The notes under the pieces are model-generated. The model was not told the origin of the DNA and made no database searches. It worked only from the letters and a program-made list of their open reading frames with translations. Shown here piece by piece: positions 48,321-56,378 of a stretch of 64,000 nt of DNA. Position numbers and translations under genes: made by a program. Positions within the stretch are counted from its first letter, which is position 1. Each line of letters begins with the position of its first letter. The stretch spans positions 48,391 to 112,390 of the forward strand of contig JBFWNU010000012.1 of the NCBI GenBank assembly GCA_050250895.1, written 5' to 3'. The DNA comes from Vulcanimicrobiota bacterium (GTDB lineage: Bacteria > Vulcanimicrobiota > Xenobia > Xenobiales > JADMJV01).

Positions 48321-49383
48321 GGTGGTGGTGGTGGGGGGCGGGCCGGCCGGCCTCTTGAGCGCGCTGGCGCTGGCTCGCCGTGATTTCAAGGTGACCGTGG
48401 TCGAGGCCCGCCGGCTGCCCATCGACAAAGCCTGTGGAGAAGGAATCATGCCCCACGGGCTGGCCTTGCTCCACCAGTTGGGAGTCAAGGAGCGGATCCA
48501 GGCCTACCATCCTTATCAAGGCATTTGCTACCGGGCCGGGGAACAGCAGGCCGAGGCGCCTTTTCTGGCCGGCCCGGGTTGGGGCGTCCGCAGGCTCGAG
48601 CTGTCGCGGGCCCTGGGTGAGGCCGTCGCCGCCCAGCCCGAGATCCAACTCCTGGAGGGCCGGCGGGTAACCGGCCTCCAGCAGGCGCGCGGGGGCGTCG
48701 AGATTCGCTTGGAGTCGGGTTTGCTGCGAGCCGACTGGCTGGTCGGGGCCGACGGCCTGGCTTCGAAAGTGCGGGCCTGGAGCGGTCTCGAGGGGAGACC
48801 AGCCCGACGCCAGCGATGGGGAGTGCGCCGCCATTTCGGGCTGGCGCCCTGGACCGACAAAGTCGAGGTGCATCTCTCGCAGGGGTGCGAAGCCTATATC
48901 ACTCCGGTGGACCAGCAGCTCGTCGGGGTGGCCTTTCTTTGGGAGAAAGAGTTGAAAGTGCCGGGCAAAGAGCAGCTCTGGCCCTTTTTCCTGAGTCGCT
49001 TTCCGGTCCTGGCCGAGCGCCTGCGAGGGGCCGAGCCGGCCAGCCCTCAGCGGGCCGTGGGGCCCCTCGAGCGAAGGGTGACATCGGTGCTCAAGTCGAA
49101 GGTAGCTCTGGTGGGGGACGCTTCGGGATACCTCGACGCACTGACCGGCGAGGGCATCAGTCTGGCCGCCGGGCAGGCGCTAGCGCTGGCCGATTGTCTG
49201 GCCGCCGGGCGGGCTCACGACTACCCTGGCCGCCATCGGCGTCTGGGCCGGGCCTACAAGGTCAGCACCTCGATTCTGCTCCAGCTGGTTCGCTATCCGA
49301 CCCTGGCCGAGCGTCTGGTGGGTTTTCTTTCCAAGCGACCGGGCCTCTTCTCGCATCTGCTCGAGGTGGCCAGTGGGCGCTGA
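48313..49383 (+). CDS. FAD-dependent oxidoreductase/monooxygenase (SrsC-like)
   Basis: GGGPAG, DKACGEG, GADG, GDASGYLDALTGEGI. Confidence 0.88.
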   Translation: MAKVVVVGGGPAGLLSALALARRDFKVTVVEARRLPIDKACGEGIMPHGLALLHQLGVKERIQAYHPYQGICYRAGEQQAEAPFLAGPGWGVRRLELSRALGEAVAAQPEIQLLEGRRVTGLQQARGGVEIRLESGLLRADWLVGADGLASKVRAWSGLEGRPARRQRWGVRRHFGLAPWTDKVEVHLSQGCEAYITPVDQQLVGVAFLWEKELKVPGKEQLWPFFLSRFPVLAERLRGAEPASPQRAVGPLERRVTSVLKSKVALVGDASGYLDALTGEGISLAAGQALALADCLAAGRAHDYPGRHRRLGRAYKVSTSILLQLVRYPTLAERLVGFLSKRPGLFSHLLEVASGR

Positions 49384-50986
49384 ACTCGTCGAGCGCATCC
49401 GGTCGGTAGTGCGCAACCCCTCCACCGGGTGGGTCTTGTTCGAGCACGGCACGGTGGTTTTTGTGCCTGCGGCCGAAGGCGAGCTAGCCGAGCAGGCCAG
49501 CGCTTTGCTGAGTGAGCACGGACCGGTGCATGCAGGCAGTCCGGCCGGCGACTTCGGGGTGAGCGGCTTTGACTGGGGTTGGGCCGTCAGCGCGCATCAT
49601 CCCGACCTGATGACTTTTCTGCTGCGGGCCGACTTGCCCGCCGACAGCCCCGACGTGCAGGTGGGGCTGGTGGGCCGTCAACGGCGCGACCAGGACGCGG
49701 CCGGCCTCCAGGTGGTCCATGTCGAACCCCCTCGACCTGGTCTGGGCCCATCCCACCCCGAGCAGTTCGAGTCGCTGGAAGCGGCTTGTCTGGCCGTGTT
49801 GGACCAACCTGGGCCCGAGGTCTTCGCACGGCTCTGGGAAGCCGTCGACAAGACAGTCAGCGCGCCTTTATTGGCGGTGCTGGCGGCCCTGGACCCGAAG
49901 CTGGTAGAGCAAGCCAAGCGACGCATTCTGCTGAACTCGGGGCCCGGCCAGCTCAGTCTGGCTTTGCTCGAGGTGCTGTGGCACAGCGACGAGCGGGCCT
50001 GGGTCAGCTCGCATGCCGATTTTAGCCAGGTCTGCGAGTGGGAGTGGCTCGATGGAGGCCGGCATAGCCGCTGCCGGGTGGTGGAGGATTGGGTGGTCGT
50101 GGCCGCCAGGTTCCCCCACCAGGCGCGGGCTCCGATCGACCCTGAGGGGCCTGACCTGGTGGCCGGCCTCTGGCCCGAGAGCCTGCCCCTACCCGGTCCC
50201 GAAATGGCCCAGCGCGAACTCTTTGTGGATGGTAGTCCGACCAGCTACACCGATTGGCTGTTGAGCGGCGAAGACAGCTTCACTCTCGAGACCGACGACC
50301 TGGGGGTGATGGTCTATCGTCGACGCGAGATGCCGGTGCGCCTGTTCAATCCGTTCGGGCGACTCTATCGAGAGATGTGTTGGAGGGATCCGCGGGCTCT
50401 TTGCGAGTCGAGTCGCTCGGGTCTTGAGGTTCGGGTGGCGGGGGGCATTTACGGCCTGACCCGCACCCGGCTGGAGCGGGTCGGCGCACCGCTGGTGGCC
50501 ACCGGCATCGATCACAACGGGAGGATGAAGGGCGCCGCGGCTGCGGCCATTCAGAAAGCCGCTGGACCCCACATCGAAGCAGCGGCCCAACAAGCGCTGG
50601 CGGCCACCGACCGCAGCCTGGGCACGGTGGTGGTCACGGATTCGTTTGACCTAAGAGCCGAGGGCATTGCGGCGGTGGCTCACGTGGTCTCGACCCCCAA
50701 GCATACCCCCGAATCGCCCGGCTGGCTCCAGCGGGCCATCCCGGCCCTGTTGACGGCCGCCGTGGAGGGTGGCTGGCGGTTCGTGGCCGTGGTGGCCCTG
50801 GGCACCTCAGGAGGTATCTCCTTCCAGGATTGCGCCCGGCTCACGATCGACAGCTGCGAACGCTGGTTCGCCCAGGACCCGAATTCCCGAGCGATGATGA
50901 TCACCTTCTCTGTGCCCGATGGCCGCGCCTACGAGGCCTTTAGCAAAGAGATGCGCCAACGGATGCTCAAGTTCAGAGAGACCTAG
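49373..50986 (+). CDS. Multidomain protein with a C-terminal macrodomain
   Basis: C-terminal GAAAAAIQKAAGP, GTVVVT, VAHVV, VALGTSGG; N-terminal domains not recognised. Confidence 0.6.
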   Translation: MGAELVERIRSVVRNPSTGWVLFEHGTVVFVPAAEGELAEQASALLSEHGPVHAGSPAGDFGVSGFDWGWAVSAHHPDLMTFLLRADLPADSPDVQVGLVGRQRRDQDAAGLQVVHVEPPRPGLGPSHPEQFESLEAACLAVLDQPGPEVFARLWEAVDKTVSAPLLAVLAALDPKLVEQAKRRILLNSGPGQLSLALLEVLWHSDERAWVSSHADFSQVCEWEWLDGGRHSRCRVVEDWVVVAARFPHQARAPIDPEGPDLVAGLWPESLPLPGPEMAQRELFVDGSPTSYTDWLLSGEDSFTLETDDLGVMVYRRREMPVRLFNPFGRLYREMCWRDPRALCESSRSGLEVRVAGGIYGLTRTRLERVGAPLVATGIDHNGRMKGAAAAAIQKAAGPHIEAAAQQALAATDRSLGTVVVTDSFDLRAEGIAAVAHVVSTPKHTPESPGWLQRAIPALLTAAVEGGWRFVAVVALGTSGGISFQDCARLTIDSCERWFAQDPNSRAMMITFSVPDGRAYEAFSKEMRQRMLKFRET

Positions 50987-51026
50987 CCTAACCACCCGGT
51001 ATAATGCATTCGACGCGCCTCGCGAT

Positions 51027-51788
51027 TCAAATTCCCGGCCCTGCTTCCGCGCGGCGGTCTAGCAACGTGAGTTCGTGGCGCAGTTGCTCGGCCGTGCCGC
51101 GTCGCTCGGGGTCGGGGTCGAGACAGCGCTCGAGCACCGCCCAGCGCCGACCGTCGAGTGCGTCGGGGCGTTCCGGACGAGCGTAGTCGGGGGCATACCC
51201 GGTCAGAGAGAAATACAGAATCGCACCCAGGCTAAACAGGTCGGCTCTTTCATCAGCCTCGCCTGACCAGGCCTCGGGAGCGGCAAAGCCGGAAGCGCCC
51301 TGCTCCCAACCGGGTCGTGGCTTGCGCTCCAGGGCCGACACGTTGAGGTTGACCAGGCGAATGGTGCCGTCACTCACGATCAGGATCTCGCGAGGGCTGA
51401 GGTTGCGCAGCATCAGCGGCGTCGGCTGGCTGGCCAGCAGGGACAGAACGTCGGCGATCTCTAGCCCCCAGGCGAAGGCCTGGGCCACTTCCACCGGACC
51501 CTGGCTGATCACTCGCAGACCCAACTCGACGCCGTCGATATAGTCCACCACCAGATAGGCGTGACCATCCTCCTGGAAATGGTCCGCGATCAGTGGCAGG
51601 GCCGGATGATGCAGCGTGGCCAGATAGAGGGCTTGCTGTTCGAAGTCTCCGGCGCTCACTGTTTGCTTGACCGCCCACCATTTGCCGTCAATACGAAGAT
51701 CCTCACAGAGGAAAACGCTTCCGTCCCCCGTGCGTCCCAGCACCCGGCTAACCTGGTATCGGTCTTGTAGAAGTGAACCCGGCCTCAA
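51027..51788 (-). CDS. Degenerate Ser/Thr kinase (pseudokinase-like)
   Basis: AVK, HPALP and APE are present; HRD reads LRN and DFG reads NLN. Confidence 0.72.
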   Translation of the reverse strand: MRPGSLLQDRYQVSRVLGRTGDGSVFLCEDLRIDGKWWAVKQTVSAGDFEQQALYLATLHHPALPLIADHFQEDGHAYLVVDYIDGVELGLRVISQGPVEVAQAFAWGLEIADVLSLLASQPTPLMLRNLSPREILIVSDGTIRLVNLNVSALERKPRPGWEQGASGFAAPEAWSGEADERADLFSLGAILYFSLTGYAPDYARPERPDALDGRRWAVLERCLDPDPERRGTAEQLRHELTLLDRRAEAGPGI

Positions 51789-51893
51789 ATGTGCTACCTG
51801 CCTGCTCCGAGCTTCGCTCCCAAAGCCGCGCGGCCTCCGTGACCGAAGGTCACTGCCGGCCGCCGCCGAGGAATCACTCGTCGCGACAGGTCT

Positions 51894-52886
51894 TTAGAAC
51901 TTGACCGCTCCGCCGCCGACCACATTGACCTGCCGGCCATCGGGGGCGACCGCTCCCATGTAGCCCTCGGTGTAGTTCTCATAGGGGCCGACCTCGCCGT
52001 TGGGATCGGGTCGGCTGATGTGAGGCTGATTGGCGGCCGGGTACGGATCGTAGACGTAGTTGCGACCCTGGTCGTCGCGACCCACCTGGACCCAGTGGTT
52101 CATCTGGCCGTCGCCGTTGGTGTCGACCCCCATCGAGAAGCTCTCGCCGTTCTTAAGATTGTCGATGCGATCGAAGGTGCGGCCCGGTTCTTCGACCACT
52201 TTGCCTTGTTCGGGCACGGCCCGTTCGCCACCCGTGTCGGTAGTGGTGTTACCCACCGGATCAAAGCGGACATCACTGGCCAGTTCCTTTTGCATGGCGG
52301 TCATCTCGGCCGCGTCGAGGCCCGACTCGCCATTGGTGTTGTAGCGGTTATAGGCGCTCTCTTGCAGGGTGCTGATGTCGCCGTGAGTGGCGGTGCCGTC
52401 GAGCAGACGGTCGCGCACGCCCCGCAACCGCTCGGCCTCTTCGGGGGTAGCGTTGGCGCTCAGGCGCTCGGCCACGCGAGCAGTAGCCTCGGGACCGGCC
52501 ATGACCGCTCCGCCGAGGACCGACGAGGGGCCGCAGCGGCTCTCCTGGCCACCGGTTCCGTGCGTGTCGAGTTGAGACTGAGCGTTGAGAATAGTGCCCC
52601 CGTCCCACTGCCCGTCGGCACCCGTCAGGCGGCGGTCGCTCAGGTTGGGGTCGCACACCTGGCGGTTGTGATCCAGGGTGGGGTCGCTAACGTGTTCGGG
52701 TCCACCGCTACCGTTGCTCGAGACGAAGCTCATCGGACGGTAGATGCCGCTATCGTTGCTGCTGCTCGGCGTGAAGGTGTCAGCCGGTAGAGAAGCGTTG
52801 GCGTTTGCGCCGGTGGTGCCGCCGCTGCGGGGCATCGGCCGGACGGCGGTAGTCTGGGGTGGGTTGCTTAGTTGGGTAACGCTCAT
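51894..52886 (-). CDS. Putative papain-fold (C39-like) cysteine peptidase with disordered N-terminus
   Basis: Q...RCGPSSV, NHWVQVG and YVYDP give a Cys-His-Asp order; no signal peptide. Confidence 0.6.
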   Translation of the reverse strand: MSVTQLSNPPQTTAVRPMPRSGGTTGANANASLPADTFTPSSSNDSGIYRPMSFVSSNGSGGPEHVSDPTLDHNRQVCDPNLSDRRLTGADGQWDGGTILNAQSQLDTHGTGGQESRCGPSSVLGGAVMAGPEATARVAERLSANATPEEAERLRGVRDRLLDGTATHGDISTLQESAYNRYNTNGESGLDAAEMTAMQKELASDVRFDPVGNTTTDTGGERAVPEQGKVVEEPGRTFDRIDNLKNGESFSMGVDTNGDGQMNHWVQVGRDDQGRNYVYDPYPAANQPHISRPDPNGEVGPYENYTEGYMGAVAPDGRQVNVVGGGAVKF

Positions 52887-52918
52887 CTTGATTCTCCCTC
52901 GGCGTGTGTGTCGTGATC

Positions 52919-52950
52919 AGTCTAGGTCAGCTGGCTGTCCTGGGCCTGAT
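52919..52950 (-). promoter_or_regulatory. Degenerate TTCAG-box promoter
   Basis: ATCAG-GCCCAG-GACAG-CCAGCTGACC-TAGACT; a TTACA-N6-TTACA pair lies upstream at 52965-52980. Confidence 0.45.
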
Positions 52951-52988
52951 GTGCCGCGGGAGAATGTAAACAGGTTGTAAAAGTTGCG

Positions 52989-53372
52989 TCAGTTGGAGAG
53001 GCGCAGCAACTTGCCCTGAGCCGAGTCGATCAAGGCTGCCGAGACTTTGGCGTCGCCCATGGCCAGATACTGCCGAAACAGTCCGGCCCGCTCCTGAGAG
53101 AGGCCGCTGGCTACCCGCTCGATCAGCGGCTGGTCGGCCTCGAGCAAAGCCAGGGCCGCCTCCTCGGGGTCAACCTCCGAGAGCACCCTGGCCAGGCGCG
53201 TTTCATCGAGACTTCGCAAAGCCGCGAACAAACGATCTTTACGGCTCGGTCGCGAGGTCTGGCTGGCGACGCGAGAGAGCACCGGACGGCCTTCCTCTTC
53301 CTCTTCGCCCTTCTTTTTCATGGTATGGCGAGGTCGGGCGACCTCTTCCTCTGTATTGGGAATATCGAACAT
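52989..53372 (-). CDS. Stand-alone FliG C-terminal-like domain protein
   Basis: LDETRLARVLSEVD..AALAL..A...SGLSQERA...IDSAQ follows the FliG-C pattern. Confidence 0.6.
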   Translation of the reverse strand: MFDIPNTEEEVARPRHTMKKKGEEEEEGRPVLSRVASQTSRPSRKDRLFAALRSLDETRLARVLSEVDPEEAALALLEADQPLIERVASGLSQERAGLFRQYLAMGDAKVSAALIDSAQGKLLRLSN

Positions 53373-53463
53373 CCCTATACCTTCCGGACGAAAACCCTGA
53401 TTTCCTCGACCGCGAAGACAAGGGCGCGGCGCGAAGTGCGGTAGGAGCCGACGAGAACGCCGT

Positions 53464-54564
53464 TCAGTCCTGAGCTGACCAGTTCTCTTTGGGACGCGCG
53501 TGGGTGATCTTGGGAGCCGTGTCGTCGTAGGGAACGCCCGACAGTTCGGCTTTCATGGTGCCGATGCGGCGGTGGAGTTCTTCGGTGAGTGCGGTGGTGG
53601 CGGCCGAGCGATCGGTCTCGGCCAGGGCCAGATAGGGGGCTGTGTCGATGGGCTCTCCTGCCTGAATTACGGCCACCGGCCGGTTGCGCCAGTTCTCGGC
53701 CAGGCCGATAGCGGCCAGGCCGCCCGCCAGAGCGGGCAAAGGTGTGGCGGCCAGGGCCAGTCCGCTGGCGATTCCCGCCAGGGCTCCCCAACCGGCGCCC
53801 TTGAGTCCTCCCTGAATGCGAGGACCGGGATTCCAGGCTTCTTTGGTGACCGCTCGGTCGCGTCCGATGCGGTTGCCGAGATAAGCACCGAGCAGGCCAC
53901 CACCGACGGCGCCGGCCACGCTTTTGAGGATAGGGTCGGCCGGCAACAGCAGCGCGCCGGCCGTGGCTGCGCCGGCCACCAGACCGACGGCTCTCTCGAG
54001 GTGTCGGGGTTTGGTGTTGGGTCCATAGTGGATGGCCATCGGCACCACCGACTCGGCTCCTCCCAGCAGGGCCGCTGCCGCCGCTCCCTTTTTGAAAGGG
54101 CCGATGGCTCCCCGCTCTCCCTCGTCGGTGAAACGGCCCTCGGGATAGATCAGAAAGCCCGCCCCCTCACGCACCACCTCGACCGAGTGTTCTTTGGTGA
54201 TCTCCGAGGGCGAAACCTTGTTGACCGGGAAACCTCCGCTCCAGCCGGCCACTTTGGCCCCGATGGGGTTTTGGAACAGATCGACCGTGCCCATGAAGCG
54301 CAGGTCCTTGACCGGCAACGTGATGGTCAGGGGCACGTCGAAGGCGCTGACATGATTGGGGCAGTAGAGGTGGGCCCCTTCCCGCGGCAGGTGCTCGAAG
54401 CCGCGCTCTTCGAGGCGCACCTCCAGGGCGGCCAGGCCCCGCAGCAGGGGTCGGATGATGGCTTGATGCTTCTGCGATCGCGAGCGACCGTCGGCCGGCC
54501 CGTGATAGTTCGGGACACCGGGGTCAAAGACCGGTCGAGACGCGGTGCGATGGGTGATTAGCAT
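53464..54564 (-). CDS. Lysophospholipid acyltransferase with inserted Gly-rich membrane segments
   Basis: NHVSAFD, YPEG, FKKGAA. Confidence 0.82.
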   Translation of the reverse strand: MLITHRTASRPVFDPGVPNYHGPADGRSRSQKHQAIIRPLLRGLAALEVRLEERGFEHLPREGAHLYCPNHVSAFDVPLTITLPVKDLRFMGTVDLFQNPIGAKVAGWSGGFPVNKVSPSEITKEHSVEVVREGAGFLIYPEGRFTDEGERGAIGPFKKGAAAAALLGGAESVVPMAIHYGPNTKPRHLERAVGLVAGAATAGALLLPADPILKSVAGAVGGGLLGAYLGNRIGRDRAVTKEAWNPGPRIQGGLKGAGWGALAGIASGLALAATPLPALAGGLAAIGLAENWRNRPVAVIQAGEPIDTAPYLALAETDRSAATTALTEELHRRIGTMKAELSGVPYDDTAPKITHARPKENWSAQD

Positions 54565-54580
54565 GGAGCCCTCCAGCCTG

Positions 54581-54612
54581 AGCCTAGACGAGCACCCTGA
54601 ATCGGCCCTGAA
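54581..54612 (-). promoter_or_regulatory. TTCAG-box promoter of the acyltransferase gene
   Basis: TTCAG-GGCCGA-TTCAG-GGTGCTCGTC-TAGGCT, then GGAGG and the ATG at 54564. Confidence 0.7.
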
Positions 54613-54615
54613 AAG

Positions 54616-56280
54616 CTACCTGCGTGCGCTCTCGAGTTCTTCGATGCGCTCCTGGAGGCGGTCGATCTTGCGCTTGAGAACCTTGCTTTCGTCTTCGGCC
54701 AGCAAGGCTCGCTTCTCGGCGTTGGCAGCCTTCTTCTCGGCCTCTTCGGCGCGGGCCATGGAAGCCAGGGCCCGGCTGCGGCTGTCGGAGAGCTGTTCCT
54801 TGGACTGCTCGAGGGCGTCTTGATTGGCGGCCAGGCGGCGACGCAGGTGGGTCAGGGCTTCGTCCTTCTCCTCCACGCTGCGCTCGAGGGACTGGCGGGC
54901 TTCCAGGTGCTTGCGCGACTCTTCGCGGACTCCGCTGGTGTCCTCGACCACCTCGGACAGTTGTCGGCGGGCGGCCGTGAGCTGTCGCTGCAGAGTCTCT
55001 TCTTTCTGCTCGAGCAGACTGACCAGCGACTCGAGTTGCTCCATCTGCGAGTTGCGATAATCCAGCTCTTGATAGACTTCCTGCGTAGCCGCTTCGGCCT
55101 TGGCTGTCTGCGATTTGGCCGTTTCCAGTTCGTTGTGGGCTTCCAACAGCTTGGCCCGGGTGTCGAGCAAAGACTGTTCCATCTCTTCGAAACGAGACAG
55201 TATGCGGGCCGCTCGCTTCTCGGCTTCGGCGGCCTTCTTGCGGCTCTCGGCGTCATCACCTTGATAGGCGACCTCGAGGCTCTTCTCCAGCTCGGCATTC
55301 TTGACCCGCAAAGCCTGGACCACTTCTTGACTGGTCTTCAGGTCGGCGGTGGCCGTCTCGAGTTGGCGTTGCATTTCCTCGAATTGCTCTTTGGCGTGGC
55401 TGGCGCTCTGTTGATGGTGGGTGGTTGACGAGCGGACCTCGTCGAGTTCGGCCATCACCGAGTGCAGTTCACGCTCGAGGTCACCGGCCGTCTCGCGGCT
55501 TTCGTTGAGCCGGGCCAGAGCCTTTTCCTTCGCGCTTTGCTCGTCGTTGAAGTCTTTGGTGACCTGCTCTAGCTTTTGCAGGGTCTCTTTGAGCTCGGCT
55601 TCCTTGGCGGCCAGCAATCCGGCCGTCTCGCCGCCGGCTTGCTGGGCTTTCTCTTCGAGGTCCCAGAGCTTGAGCAGGGACTCTTCGTGTTCTTTCTCGC
55701 GGGCCTCCAGACGCTTCTCGGCCTGTTCGAGTCGGCTGCGCAACTCGTTGACCTCTTTGGCGCTGGCCTGGCTGGCCGTCTGGCGCAGGGCATCCAGCGA
55801 GGTCTCGGCCTCCTGGGCCCGCAGCATCAGCCGGGCCATCGTCTTGTTGGCCTCGGCATAATCCTTGCGAACCTTGAGTAGCTCTTCGTGGAGTCTTACG
55901 TTCTCCTGGGTGAGTTCGTTGTTGCTCTCGTCATCGCGCAGGGCCTCGACCAGTTCGTTGAGGTCGGCCAGTTGCTGGCGCAACTCTTCGACCTCGGCGA
56001 GGTTGGCCTGAGGGGGCGCCTGCTTGAGGGCCTTGATCTCTTTGCGGGCCTTCTTGTAGGCATCATGCAACGTTTCGTTGTTGCGCTTGGAGGCGCCCAG
56101 CGCCTTTTCGTATTTGGCCAGCTTCTTCTCGTAGCCCTCGATCTTCTTGCGTAAAAGATCGCTGGAAGAGGGGCCGGCCTGGCCGCCGCTGGCGGTGGTC
56201 GTGTCTGTCTTGCTGGTGGTGGCGCCGGACTTGGTGGCCCTGGTCTTCTTGGCCGGCTTTGTCTTGGTGGTCTTAGCCAA
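54616..56280 (-). CDS. Long coiled-coil protein with basic N-terminus
   Basis: About 500 aa of E/K/A/L-rich heptads; TTG start inferred. Confidence 0.75.
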   Translation of the reverse strand: MAKTTKTKPAKKTRATKSGATTSKTDTTTASGGQAGPSSSDLLRKKIEGYEKKLAKYEKALGASKRNNETLHDAYKKARKEIKALKQAPPQANLAEVEELRQQLADLNELVEALRDDESNNELTQENVRLHEELLKVRKDYAEANKTMARLMLRAQEAETSLDALRQTASQASAKEVNELRSRLEQAEKRLEAREKEHEESLLKLWDLEEKAQQAGGETAGLLAAKEAELKETLQKLEQVTKDFNDEQSAKEKALARLNESRETAGDLERELHSVMAELDEVRSSTTHHQQSASHAKEQFEEMQRQLETATADLKTSQEVVQALRVKNAELEKSLEVAYQGDDAESRKKAAEAEKRAARILSRFEEMEQSLLDTRAKLLEAHNELETAKSQTAKAEAATQEVYQELDYRNSQMEQLESLVSLLEQKEETLQRQLTAARRQLSEVVEDTSGVREESRKHLEARQSLERSVEEKDEALTHLRRRLAANQDALEQSKEQLSDSRSRALASMARAEEAEKKAANAEKRALLAEDESKVLKRKIDRLQERIEELESARR

Positions 56281-56340
56281 AGTAAAGGTCGATTCTGGCC
56301 CCGCCTCGCGTTTTCCTAGCAAGGCCCGGTCTATGACCGT

Positions 56341-56372
56341 TTCAGCCCGATTTCAGGGCCGGCTCCTAGGCT
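56341..56372 (+). promoter_or_regulatory. TTCAG-box promoter, probably leaderless
   Basis: TTCAG-CCCGAT-TTCAG-GGCCGGCTCC-TAGGCT; ATG follows after 6 nt with no SD. Confidence 0.7.
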
Positions 56373-56378
56373 GAACGC

